This document shows positions 40,701 through 54,347 of a stretch of DNA of 64,000 nt, in pieces. The stretch spans positions 95,469,254 through 95,533,253 of the forward strand of contig NC_068989.1 in NCBI RefSeq assembly GCF_001194135.2, read 5' to 3'. The position numbers and the translations under genes were made by a program. How positions within the stretch are numbered: the stretch's first letter is position 1; each line of letters opens with the position of its first letter. Source of the DNA: Octopus bimaculoides (lineage: Eukaryota). The notes under the pieces were generated by a model, which saw only the letters and a list, made by a program, of their open reading frames with translations, did no database searches and was not told where the DNA came from.

Positions 40701-42059
40701 TGAAACATGATGGAACTTTTGAGGTTTCCTTTTTTCTTGAAATAATGGGATACAAATAGATTGCTTTGACTGCTTTCTACTGAGCCATTCGTTAAGCAAT
40801 GAAGAATTAATGAAGATATAATCAATTAGATAATTTGAATAGTGTGTTCACAGACAGTGTATTTAATTTAGTAATCAAATACATATAGTAAAAAACAAAA
40901 CAAAACATTAATTATGATTCTTTAGAAGTAATTAAATTGCACTTCATTAGTTGATATCAGTGAAGTTAACTGTGAAGTGTAAAACTGAACCTAGAGTAAA
41001 AAGGAAAGCATAAAGTGTTAGTGCAGAGGGGAAGAAGTTTTCAATATTCTAGGCAAACCCTTCACTCAAAAGACTCGCCAACAAAGGCCCACAACTCCCT
41101 TATGGACAAGTTCTCTTAATTATAAAGATTAAGCCTGTTTAATTTCTACAACTAGATTTAAATACTTCACTGCAAATATCTTATGTTAATTACATTTCTG
41201 TCTCATGCATGTAGAATAAAAAGCAAGATGACAAGACAGTTTGGGGGTGAGGGAGGAGGACCTAATTTTCTTCACTTTTACTTTTATCCTTATTTCATTT
41301 ACAAAACTAATATTTAAATACAGACTAAATCTGTTAGAGTAAGCAGAGAAATTTGTGAAACAGCGCAAAGAATAAAACCAAATCTATAAATATTTTAAGA
41401 GAGATTGTTTTTGCTTCCACTATATTAGGTCTCTTTTCCTTTCCTTACAAGCCTTAATAAACAAAAATGATTCAAATAATATAATCAGACAGTTTTAAAG
41501 AAGTAATCTGTTCATTAAATATATATGATTAACCAAGTTCAATTATTCCATAGCAGCAATTAAAGTAATTAAGATTATAAGAAAATAACTGCAATAGGAA
41601 CAAGTACACAATACAATTATAGATGACTATAATTACAATAAACTATAATCATAGGTGATCTGCAGCTGATTTATAGACGACAGATACAGAGAGAAATTAG
41701 ACAAAGAAAAATTCTTTGAAGAGCAGAAATTCTACTGAGGTAAGGAGAGTTCACTGATAGGTTTGATGAAGAATAAGAAATATTGCAATTTCAACATAAA
41801 TTTGGAAAAAAAAAACCTATCTTTATTTACATTTAAATATATAAATTTTTTTATTAAGAAAAACATTTAAAAATCTAATAATTATAATGACATTCAAAGA
41901 ATATGTTCCAGTTTATTTACTACAAATGTATGCAGTGTAATATTTACACACACACACACACATGCATGCACGTGCATGTGTACACTCATTTCCAGACCAT
42001 CAGTTATTTTCCTTTGTGTTTATAAAAATTGATTTCTAAAGCAAAGCAACACATCAGAC

Positions 42060-43680
42060 ACATTTATAAAGAAGGGGACAGTAGCAAGCGGACTTCATGC
42101 CATTCCCAGGAGCCAGTCTGGTGGCACTGGCAACAACCATGCTCAAATGTTGTTTTTCACATGCCACCGGCACATGTGCTGGTAAGGCGACACTGACAAC
42201 GATCATGCTCAAATGGTGCTTTTCACATGTCACTGGCGCAGGAGCCAATCCGTGGCCCTGGCACAGGAGCCAATCCGTGGCCCTGGCAACGATCACACTC
42301 AGATATGCTTTTTTTAACGTTCCACTGGCACGAGTGCCAATCAGGCAGTACTGTCATCGGTCACGTCAGCAATTTTGATTTGTTTACACTTGCCTCAGTA
42401 GGTCTTCGCAAGCAAAGTTCATTACCCCACGTTCGGATGTGCTTTTAACGTTCCACTGGCACGAGTACCAATCAGGCAGTACTGTCGTCGGCCAAGTCAG
42501 CAATTTTGATTTTGATTTTGATTTCACTTGCCTCAATAGGTCTTCACAAGCAAGGTTTATTGTCCAATGAATGAGGGGTATTCATAAATGGGCTGGTTGC
42601 ACCTCTTATGTGTCCATAGCTTACACTGAGTACATCTTATGGAGTTTCTACCTATGCCTTTTCTAAAGATCGAGCAGGGCCATCTACCTGAAGGGATTTG
42701 TGGTTTGTCTGCCATCCTACTTATTAAGACTTTGGTTTTAGCTAGGTTGACTCTAAGACCCTTTGATTCTAACCCTTGCTTCCACACCTGAAACTTTTCC
42801 TCTAGTTCTGATAGTGACTCAGCAATTAGAGCAAGGTCGTTAGCATAGAGGAGCTCCCAGGGGCATCCTGTCTTGAANNNNNNNNNNCGTTAGCATAGAG
42901 GAGCTCCCAGGGGCATCCTGTCTTGAATTCTTCTGTTATTGCCTGGAGGACTATAATGAATAAGAGGGAGCTGAGGACTGATCCTTGGTGGACCCCTACT
43001 TCTACTCGGAATTCTTTACTGTACTCGTTGTCAACCCTCACTTTATTGACAGCATCCCTGTACATGGGTTGCACAGCTCTCACTAACCATTCATCTATCC
43101 CTAGTTTTCCTCAATGACCACCAGATAAGAGATCGGGGGACCTTATCAAAGGCTTTCTCCATGTCAACGAAAGCCAGGTACAGAGGTTTATCTTTGGCTA
43201 GGTATTTCTCTTGCAGCTGTCTTACCAGAAATATAGCATCAGTGGTGCTTTTCCCTGGCACGAACCCAAACTGCATCTCATCTAAACTGACTCGCTCCCT
43301 AATTAGTTGGCCTATGACCCTCTCCATAACTTTCATTACCTGATCCAACAACTTGATACCTCTGTATTTATTTGTACCTAATGTGTCACCTTTACCTTTG
43401 TAGCAGTTGACTATGGTGCTGCTACACCAGTCATTGGGTATGACTCCTTCATGTATCACCTGGTTAACTATACAGGTGACTAGGCTATAACCGACACTGC
43501 CAGATACTTTGAGCATCTCTGCGATGATTCCTGATGGGCTGGGGGCTTTCCCTGTCTTCATACTTTTAATTGCTTTATCTACCAAGGTACTGTTAATTCA
43601 GATAGCTGGTCCCTCTGTTGAGTCGACATTCAGCAGACTCTCTTTCTCCTATTCATTCTCTTCATTTAGCAACCTTTCAT
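42060..43680 (-). mobile_element. RTE-clade LINE with a recognisable reverse-transcriptase domain; 5'-truncated, internally deleted at ~42600
   Basis: KAIKSMKTGKAP..AEMLK..YRGIKLLDQVMKVMERVI..QFGFVPGKSTTDAIF..LAFVDMEKAFDKVPR..GVHQGSVLSSLLF..LLYA(D)DL..GLRVNLAKTK; jumps directly from CKLWTHKRC into the 3' UTR. Confidence 0.95.
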
Positions 43681-45379
43681 AAAAATTAAAGCAAATCATT
43701 GTATGACTGGAGTGACTAATTTAACACAAAATTTGAGAATCTCTGCATTAATCTGCTCATGTTAGTACCCTAATGTGCATTCAAATACTTGTTTATGCAT
43801 ATGCATGCAAATAATATACACAACACACACACATATATATGGCATATAAAAGTAACCAATACACTGTGAGAGTGGTTGGCATTAGGAAGGACATCCAACC
43901 ATAGAAAACCAGGCCAAATCAGACTGGAGTTTGGTCAAACCATCTAACTCATGACAGCATGGACAATGGACGATAAAAGATGATGATGATGAACACACAC
44001 ACATGCTCACACGCGTGTGTGTATAAATGAATTTCGTCAGTTGGAACCAAAGCACGTAAACTATTAGTTTCAGCAAAATATAGGAGACATCTGAATCTGC
44101 AATAAGCTGTTTTGATTAGAGATACACAATAACAAAAGAACATTTTGAGTATAAAGTAGTCATCAGATTGTTCATCCCAAATGTCAACATAATATCTACA
44201 AGGAATAAGAAAGAATCACTCTCATGTAAATATTTACAATGAAAAATCAAAGGGAGAGAGTTGAAGAGAGGTAACAGGTTTAGTGGTTTAACCATGAGAG
44301 CCAATAGCAAACAGTACAGCTAAGCAACATATCTGTCTGGAAGGGTTTTGCTAACAGCTGTTCATGCTTACATTTGCATACATGATTTCTGTATCATTCG
44401 GCACACACGTATTAATAGAATTACATGCATGAAGTATATACTTGTCTACAAGTACAACTGTGGATAGTATCCATTAGCAACAAAATTACTGGATAATATA
44501 TTATGAATAACAACTGAATAAACTGATTAAATAAATATAATTTATAAAATCCATCAAATGACGGTTGTGTACATGCCTTACTATGATCTACTTTTGCATA
44601 TTTCTGTAGACGCATATTCACAGATCTTCATAGGTAGATCGTCATTATCTTACGTATTGTCCTCTATACACACTTGCAGACACACGCACATTCGTAAGCC
44701 CTATTTTCTGGAAGCATACAACAGCTGCCATGTACATTTCTACATGTGGTGACATAAATATACATGCATACATAAATATGAATTTAAACTCAAAAGGGCT
44801 GAGAATGTGTATATTCTAGAACATACGCGCAACTCTTTGGACTAGCAGATCTCGGTCCTTGCAACTTGGAGATGAAGTAACTCCAGATGCCCTCCCCCAC
44901 CATGCAGGGCTCTTTTAAGCTCATCTGAGAGACAATGAGTAAACTAATGAACTCTGCAGTAATCTTAATGAAATATTTGTCCCCTCTTTATATTCCCCTT
45001 AATGCATGGCACCATGTAGCACAACCTTTACAACACTCCATGGCACCCTTCCTTACTCTTCATTCAATTCTATTTCAATGCACTGACTTACCTCTGTCTT
45101 TCACATTTTAACCCCAGGAAGACAGGCATCCACGATATTAATAAAAAATACCTGTATTTGAATCCTTTGAAGATGATAATGAGGAAGTAAATGAACTTGT
45201 TGCCCCCAAAAACATTTTAAGAATGTCAGAATGATTGATGACCAGAAACTGACCAGATAAAAATATATACATGCATAGAAATATATGTAAAAGTTGTGTA
45301 TGTAAAAATGTATGTTTGTATAGAGATGCTGTCAATCTATGCGCACTTGTAAACACATAAAGAAGTGTACATATGAGAG

Positions 45380-45600
45380 TTAATTATGGTTCCAAATTTT
45401 GGGATAAGGCCAGCAATTTCAAAGGTGGGGCTGAGTTGATTACATTAACCCCAGTGCTCAATTGGTACTTATTTTATCAACCCCATAAGGATGAAAGCAA
45501 AGTCGACTCCAACAGCATTTGAACTCAGAATGTAAAGTCAGAAGAAATGCTGCTAATCATTTTGTCCGATGTGCTCATAATTCTGTTAGCTCACCACATT
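45380..45600 (-). mobile_element. tRNA-derived SINE (antisense; family of 11511-11690)
   Basis: accccagtgctcaattggtacttattttatcaaccccataaggatgaaagcaaagtcgactc...tttgaactcagaatgtaaag; related copies at ~40000-40160 and 52190-52350. Confidence 0.65.
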
Positions 45601-47619
45601 TATATGTGAAGAATCAGATGGAAATGATAAATACTTGCAAGGATGTGTACAGGGACACAAATATCCAGAGGTTTATATACCATGGTATGTACACACAGTT
45701 GTGATGATGTTTCATTTATCATAAACTTCTTTTTTACTGTTTTATTATATATCCTTTATGTAGTATGTATAAATTTGGAGGCAAACAATTACTCTCTACA
45801 GTTGTACTTGTAAGCAAGTATGACCTTCATGAATATAATTATACTGACGCACATGTATGAATAGAAGAGTGGGAACACCTACACAAAATGGGCAGGGGCA
45901 TACAAAATGAACAGGTGTATATGACAACATTTCAAACAGGAATGTTATTCACCTGTGCATTTTCCTACAGTTAAACTTCTGGCCTATGTAAGATTGAATT
46001 ATCTTCTTTGATTCTTAATTTCAATAAATCTAAATTTTAACCCCTACAAGAATGATTGCTTTTACTTTCCTATATTAATATCATTCCAATGAAATTTGCT
46101 TGATTATATTCCGTTCACCTTCTTGTTTGTTCCTGTAACCAAAAGAAATATGTTAGTATCTCTTATATCTTGCATGAAACTCAACAATTTTAAGCCAGTT
46201 TGATTACAGCTGACAGAAATAAATGCTGCACACACTACTTTCAGACTTGCAGTATTCTTTACTTCATTAATTACCATTGGCATGTATGGTCTAATTGATG
46301 CAAACAAGAAGAGAACAACATGCTGATCATTAGATTACCACACACTGAAAGTTGGAAGATGACAGTTTGGGATTTTAGAATTTACTTTTTTTCTTATTTG
46401 TTGACTGAATATCATTAAATATAGAACCATCCACCCATCACACACACACACACAAAGGCATATACAGATATATAATAAGATACAGTGATACACATTTTTA
46501 GGAGTCGAATTCAATGAAACAGTTAAAGGCAAGATAGGAATTAACTCAAAAAGACAAACAGAACAAAAGAGAAGAAGCACGCTTTAAATACGATAAAAAT
46601 CATCCATTGAAGGATGAGGAATGAATGCAACTCATTCGAGGAATTCTCACAAAGAACAGAAAACCTGCATCCAATTGAACAGATATAAGAAAATGAACAC
46701 AAAAAGAAGAAGTTAGTTGGAAATTGTAGCATCTTAAAGGTAGGCTAAAATTAGATAATCATAAAATTGTCTCGAGAAACAGAAGAAATGCGAAGAATAA
46801 AATTCATTAGGACATTAGTAGCAGGCAATGCCTTCAGGTTACAATCCCTACTACCATTCCTCAAAGCTAGATGTAGACACAACGATGTGTTATATACAAC
46901 AAATTTCGAAATCAAGTTGAATTAAGAGTCAGAACTTGGCATAAACAATAAAAATTCATTAAACAAATCCTAACCAATGTCAAGGTTGTAAGATAAGGGG
47001 AACTGATCTAATGGCATTGCTGAAAATCACTTTTGTTATGGTTTATCCCCCAAGTCAGCCTTGATTGAACAGTCCTATCAATCAAAAGCCTTCAAATTGT
47101 AACCACCATGTATCTATTGATTTATTTTGCTTGAAGGTGCAGTAAATCCAGGACTACATGTTCAATGTGTATTTCCCTTTTTTTTCTAAGATGGCAGAGC
47201 GTGATTTCAGGTTTATTTGGTTGCTACTTCTATTAGGTCAAGTGACTACAAAGAGGATCTTGTCAAGATCTCTCTTATACAAATTATGCAATATTTGCTT
47301 CCTTTGGCGCGCACACATACCACCACCACCACCACCACCACCATCATCATTATTCAACATATGGTACTTTCAGGCAAATTTCTGCTGCATCACCTGTTAC
47401 ACCTGTGTTGCTGGGGTGGGTGCAGCATTGTGTGCTCCTTTTTGTTGTTGGGGGAGTGTAAACTTTTCCCACTATTATTGTATTGCATGTTTCTTTTTTT
47501 TTTATGGGATATGGTGCAGTCTTTTGTTGTTTAGAATTTGTTATTTTATTATTTCTTGACTGAATATCATTAAATATAGAACCTCCCACCCATCACACAC
47601 ACACACACACAAAGTGTTT

Positions 47620-48950
47620 GTAGTGTCTGTTGTGTACGTAATGCAATTGTGTTCTTATGTTGGGTTTCCAGCCTGCTGTTGACTGTTTATCTTATTGGAT
47701 ATTTGCTACAGATATTTGTGTTTGAGAATTGTTTTGTTTGGGTTGTAATTATTGAATTAATAGTGGCTTGTGTAGGATGTGGGCTGTTCCTAGCAAAGTT
47801 ATTTTTTGGATAGTGCATAGTGTTGAGGGTCAATTTCGAAGCCTTTGTACTTTGACAATTTCTCCACTTCATTTTGGTCAGATGGGACTGCAATGTCTAT
47901 CAGGAAACAGGTATTTTTTTTTCTTTTGTCAATCCTTGATTATTATGTCTGGGTTATTAACTTTTATTTCTTTGTTGGTTTGAACAGGCATATCCCAGAT
48001 GATTCTGGCTTGGTCATTGTCATGTACCTTGTTTGGCACTTGTTTATAGCGTCTATTGTCAGATTCTAAGTTGTAGTGTTGGCATATTGTCCAGTGAATA
48101 GAAATACTTACTCAGTTATGTCGACATATATATATACTCAGACTTGGCAAGGATTGGGCAGCTTGGGATGATGTGGTCAACTGTCTCATTGCACTGGTTA
48201 CACATTCTGTATTTGGAGTTCTGGCCTGTTTTCATTATTTTGTTTTTATAGTTGTTTGTGGTCAGGCATTGGTCTTGGGCAGCAAGAATCAGTCCTTCTG
48301 CTTCAATTTTCAATTCAAAACTTTTGAGCCATTGTTCTCTTTTACTTTGGCTCACTTCTCTTCTGCCAAGCCTTGCAAGGTATTGGCCATTGAATGATTT
48401 TTCTCTCCATGTCTCCTTTAGTGTGTTTTGTAGTTCTGTTTCCATGTCGTTTTCTTGTCTCTTTGACTATTTCTGCCGTGTTGTCATCTGAGATCAGTGT
48501 ATCAGTTTCTGTTTTGTATTTTGTCGCCTCCTTGTGTACAGAGAAAAGCATTTTCTTTTTCTTGTGTTACTTTATTACATGTAGTAGTCTTCCACTTTTT
48601 GTTTGTAAGTATTATTGTAGTCCAACTATTGTTATTTTATAGTCATTCTCTATCTGTTTCTTGCGTCAGCCTCTTTCTGAGCAGGGTAGATATGTTCTGT
48701 CTGTGTCTGCTTTGGAGTGATGACTTCAATATGCTGTTAATTGTTTTCTGGTTTTTCTAAGTTTCTTAATTCGCTGATCTTCCAGTTTATTCTGCTGAAG
48801 TTGTAATTTATGGCTGATATGACAAGTGTGTTTATCCCTATTATCTTATCTTATGTAAGTTCAGTGTTTAATATTAGTCTAACTCATCTGTAATACTCTC
48901 ACATAATTTTCTCCTTCATTTCTGAGTTATATTTTAGCTGTTTTGTCTAA
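47620..48950 (-). mobile_element. R4/Dong-clade non-LTR retrotransposon 3' part (zinc knuckle plus RLE), decayed
   Basis: WREKSFNGQY..WLK..LKIEAEGLILAAQDQCLTTNNYKNKIM..KYRMCNQCNETVDHIIPSCPILAKSEY, then NKPD-like/CFLIDIAVPSD..EVEKLSKYK..ITLLGTAHIL across frameshifts. Confidence 0.9.
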
Positions 48951-49253
48951 CCCTAGATATTTGTATGGCTGATTGTAGCCAAATTCTCTCATTTTTGTGT
49001 CTATTATTATTATTATTATTATTATTATCAACATTACCACCATCAATCTGCTTACAAAATTCCATTCTCAAGGAATTAATCAATGGGAGACTAATGGCAG
49101 AAGACGCTTTCCCAAAGTAGCATGCAGTGTGAGATGCAACCCAGGACTATGCAGCAGCAAAGTGAATTCCCTAACCACATGATCAAAATCTACACCATGA
49201 ATAATATTCTACATAACATCATATAATTCAAGAAAATTAAATAGTGTGTGTGT

Positions 49254-49322
<69 letters not shown>

Positions 49323-51136
49323 GTATTGTGCCTCAAACCACAAAATGATAATTTAGTTCAGTGTGAGATAAAGAATGGAATAAATGATTCCCAAGCCTTT
49401 GCAAAGGTTTTAATATTCCAAGGAATCCAAGTCCAAGTCACCTCAAAGACAAAAGGAAACTAAAACCAATTACCCAGATACACCAAAAAACAGCTGCAAC
49501 TGGATCTGGTCAAATGTATTTCTATGCAGCCATGTAAACAGATATATACTGGTATGCTGCAGACACAGTTTGTATATGATTGCAATTGAGAGATGATGAT
49601 GATGATGACGATAGCAGTGTTGTTGTTGCTGTTGTTGTTGGTGGTGGTGGTGGTAATAAATCTATTCTTTGTTTTTATGAAACAAAAGCTGTTGAAAAAC
49701 TCAAAATATATTGCCAAAAAAGTTCTCTAAGTTATTTCAAAAGAAAACAATTAGTATCAAATATAAGCATTGTACTTAGCAACCTTGATAGTCACATGCT
49801 CTAATGAATAGATATTGTCCACATTCCAACTCATATATGTGTGTGTGTGTGTGAATATATATATATACACATATATATATAAAGAAAGAGATAAATAGAT
49901 AGACAGATAGATATTCTATATATATTTTATATTTTGTACACAAACACGCGCGCACACACACACACACACACATGTATGACAGCAACCTCAGAAGAAAAAA
50001 AAAATTAATAATGATTATTTGAGGTCCAAGGAAAATGAGATTTCCTAAAAATCTGGAACTTTGTCAATACAAATATAATAAACTGTTTGTGGTTTTCTTT
50101 TTCTAATTCACAACTCAAAACAATAAGGCAAATATTGAAATGTAAAGACCTCATCAACTAAATTAATTTCTGTCATTATATTCAACAATCACATAATTAC
50201 TATATTTGGTAACTATGGTTACTATTAACAATTTTGTCACGTTAGAACGGTTGAAAACAACTTCACGTAATTGCTTTTTCAACCTTTTAAGGTCTTTAGT
50301 TTGCAAACTCGAGGCAGAACAACGAAATTGCAATTGATATTGTACATTACAAGAAACAATTTGAGATAAAAAACAGCAAGAAAGAAGCACAATGATAGCA
50401 TTTGAACTCTATGTCTATTGTTTTTCAGGCAACTGTGTTATACATATTTATACATATACAGGGTACTTGCTGTACCATCTCCACAAATTAGATATCACCA
50501 TTTGTTTCCATTCTCTTAACTGTACCGGTTTCTCTATCTCTACAATATAATTTATTGATCACTTAGCACTAGCAGGACATGCTAATCTACTAGATGTGTA
50601 GTAGAGCAAGGTGCCACAGTGATATTGTTGAGTAAAGGTTTGAATGACTAGAGAGACAGAAGTAGTAATATATTACAGTGAACAGAAGTTTGTCAATATT
50701 TTCAATAACAATACTAAAGAAGAACACAGTAAATAAAACAGGGTCTCCAGTATGAATCTTTCATTAACTCTCAACTCGAAAAATTATCCAAGCAGTTTCA
50801 AAATTTCCCTTCTGGTTTTTTTTAAACCAATCAATAAATTATATTTTCTGATATGTGCTAAGATTTTGAATGTGAGATATAGCGTAGAGTATATGTAATT
50901 ATGTCTATAACCTGCACATTAACTTAACCCAATATATTAAAGCTTTGTTAAAGCTGTCAGTGAAAGTTGAGCACAGTTGCAAGATATATGATAACTAACA
51001 TTTTACTGTAATATCATCTGTCAGTTAGATTTCATTGACTTTTCTTTTTCCATTGGTGACTAGACATAAAATATACTGCAGCTGCTATCATACCATGCAA
51101 CGATGATAAATTGGAGGACAAAAAGCAGCTACATTT

Positions 51137-51176
<40 letters not shown>

Positions 51177-51612
51177 CATACACAGCCTGAATAAAACATT
51201 TTTCATATGCTACATTAAAAAAGAGAAGGCATCTAAATTTTCATAAAAACTTTATCCAAAAACACACATTACTTCAAACATTAATTTTGATAGACCACTG
51301 TCTAACATTCGCACAATTGATTGCAAAATATTTGTTGTAAAGCTCAGTATGTATATGTGTGTGTACATATACACAAACACACACACAGACACACCTGTTA
51401 ATCTGTCCACCTACCACCACCATCATCATTTAACATCTACTTTCTATGAGTTGGACAGTTTGATAGGATCTAGCAAGCCATAGGGCTGCAACAACCTTGG
51501 TGGGATTTGAACTTCAAACATAACGAACTGCAACTAACACTGCAAGCCACTTTTTCTGATGCTCTAATGATTCTGCAAATCTACTGCAATAGTAATAATA
51601 ATAATAATAATA

Positions 51613-52194
51613 AATGCCCTGATGCAGTACGAGGTAGTGGTTCTCATGACTTCTGATCTTAACTGATTGGAAGTGTTATCATGTACATTGTTTTGTTTTG
51701 GTATAAAAGATGGGTGACAACAAATATTCTGCTCAATACCACAGATTTGCTTGTCAGTTGTTTGACCTTAACCAATTGAGCATGTCCCTTAGTGGGTGGC
51801 GATATGTGCAGCTCTGATCATGAGCAGAAATAGTGGGGGAGAATCATAGCCATGTGTCGAGAGGAATTTTGGGGGTTTGGATAATTCACCTTTAGAAATA
51901 TGGGTGTTTCCTTCAACATCCTTAAACAACCCTTATTCAAGGACCTTTTGAGCGGAACGGGCTACTCGGCCTGAAGAAGATTCTAACTAGGCCCCACCTG
52001 AAAGCTCATGCGTTGTTTATCTATATATAAGATCACCATGTCGTGCACATATGGTTGTGATGCAAGGGCCTGATGTACCCTTATCAATGGGTAGTCATGA
52101 TGGGTATACTGGGCTTCGAATATTTTACCCCAGTGTCACTTTGGTGGCATGCACTGCTCTCTCACTCAATGATAATACTAATAATAATAATAAT
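51613..52194 (+). mobile_element. ~580-bp non-coding interspersed repeat flanked by (AAT)n on both sides
   Basis: Begins after (AAT)n and ends cccagtgtcactttggtggcatgcactgctctctcactcaat(aat)n; the reverse complement of its 3' end recurs at 19136-19205 beside (TTA)n. Confidence 0.7.
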
Positions 52195-52356
52195 CATTTC
52201 TAATTCAGCAACAAGGACAACAATTTTTTGAGATGTGGAGTTCATGAATTCCAGAGACACTAATATTTCACTGATACTCCATATTATTGGTCCCAAAAAG
52301 ATAAAAGCAAAGTTGATCTCAGTGGGATTTGAACTCTGAATGTAAAGAGCTGCAAG

Positions 52357-52975
52357 TATTGGGTCCTCCCATAAATATTGCAGTTTTTGTCAAATGCATG
52401 AACTAAAAGTTGGAGGGGGACAGGATAAACTACCTGCATCAACTTACTATAAAAGAAGGTAGTAATTTTACCTTGTCCTTATTCTTAGTGCAAGTTTTGA
52501 AGAGTGCAGTTCAATATTTTTGCAAAGCTATAATGGAAGTGACAAAAGAGCATATTTGGCATATTTTGCTTTATGAGCTCAATAAAAACAACAATGTAAC
52601 AGAAAGTGTGAGGACTACTAATGCAGTGTCAACAGTGGTTCCAGATAGTGTCAATGGTGATCAACGGTGATTCCAGAAATTCTGAGCCAGAAACTACAGC
52701 CTAGAAGATTCTGGAAGATCTGTAGAGCTCAACGAGGATGTCCTGAAAACTGTTGAAAAACTTGCAGAGAAGCTTGGATTTGGTAATTCAACCATTCATC
52801 AACACCTGCATGTCATTGGAAAAGTCAGTAGATTGGGTCAAAGGGTTCCTCACAGACTTTCCGAGTCTAATCACATATATTCTTCTTTGCTGTCACATGC
52901 CATGAATGAACCTTTTTTTGGACTGAACAGTGATTGGTGACAAGAAATGGGTTCTCTATAAAAATGTCAAAATGG
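52357..52975 (+). mobile_element. Decayed mariner (Tc1/mariner) transposon, 5' half
   Basis: TA plus TIR-like tattgggtcctcccataaatattgcagttttt; ATG at 52533 gives MEVTKEHIWHILLYE..; later FQKF..NYSLED.GRSVELNEDVLK..LAEKLG..STIHQHLH.IGKVSRLGQRVPHRL (WVPHEL-like) and IGDKKWVLYKN (TGDEKW-like); stops and deletions. Confidence 0.85.
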
Positions 52976-54313
52976 ATAAGAATCTAGAAAGTAATAAAGC
53001 AGACATAACAATAATAGATAAGGAAATGGTTGAAGAAGATTGGAATAAAATGTCCTGTAGTGCTTCTACAGACAGTTTGCCTCTTAGAGACAGGAACAAT
53101 TGTCAGGAGGGTCTTAAGCACTTGAAAGACTATTGTGGATACCTAAAGTTACAGGCAGTAACCCTCTACCCACAAATTCTATCAGAAATAAGAATGTACC
53201 TGAGTTAAATCAATGAGGATAATAATAATAATAATAATAACATCAATAATAAATATGTTAATCCCAGCAGGCTGCAACAGTTCTGTAAAAACATTTGGAA
53301 AGTTAAATACAAGGATTTTGAAATAGAGATCTCAGAAATATGTGGCATCTAAGAATGACTGTGCCTGTAATCATTGGAGATATGAAGATAATATCAAAAG
53401 ACACTTTTAAACACTGGTATCAAATACCAGGAAAACCAAAGGAATCAGAACTGCAAAGAATTGTTCCTATGGGTACTGCTCACATCTTAAGTAAAATGCT
53501 GTCAACTTGAATACATCTGATTACCTTAGATTCAAAATGTTACAAAGAAAAATATGTTAACACTGGTTGAGAAGTGCAGGACTAAAAGCAGAGACTGAAG
53601 GATCCTTGATAGCAGCATAGAAATCACCAAATGTATATATTGAAGCAGAATACAGCAAGTAACTGCAAAATATGTGGAGACGAGAAAGAAACAATTAACC
53701 ACATTATTGCTTCTGGCTGCCCAGTCTCAACCAACAAAGAATGCATCCACTGACATAACAGAATTGGTACTTACATACCCCAGAAGTTAAGCCAGCACCT
53801 CAAAAATACCTACAGAAAACAAATGGTACAGACATGCAATAGCAAAGCAATCATAATCTAAGAGATACTCATACACACAGATAGGGAAATCAAAGTTAAC
53901 AAAATATTGCTGTTATGAACCAGCAGGAAAGGAAATATTGTCCAATCGACGTATCAGTCCTAATGGAGAGACTATATCTCTAAAAGAGATGGAGAAATTA
54001 TCCAAATAGAAAGATCTAGAAATAGAGATAACCCAAACGTAAAACCTGAAAATAGAAGCAATTCCTAGAATAACAGGTACTTTGAGAAGTATCAAAGCAA
54101 ATGCAGACATACATAGCAAAAACTCCAGGATTTACAAATATGCATAACATGGAGAAAAGAACACTGCTAGGTCCAACACACACACATTACTTGGCGCACT
54201 TTCATTACAGTAAAAATAACAACACTAAAACAAACCACTGCATGTAAGCAAGGCACACTGCTTGGTAAAGCAGTGAAAGCATGCAATAGAAATAAAACAA
54301 CTAAATAGTAGTT

Positions 54314-54330
<17 letters not shown>
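52976..54330 (+). mobile_element. Cluster of decayed R4/Dong fragments
   Basis: NKADITIIDKE; KYKDFEIEISE.WHL...PVIIG..LQRIVPMGTAHILSKMLS*; LKAETEGSLIAA..CKICGDEKETINHII.SGCP; (AAT)n at 53219-53250. Confidence 0.8.

Positions 54331-54347
<17 letters not shown>

Noticed and set aside
42838-42927. 40-bp direct duplication inside the RT domain
   Set aside because: The identical copies flank a 10-N gap, which indicates an unmerged contig overlap, not biology.
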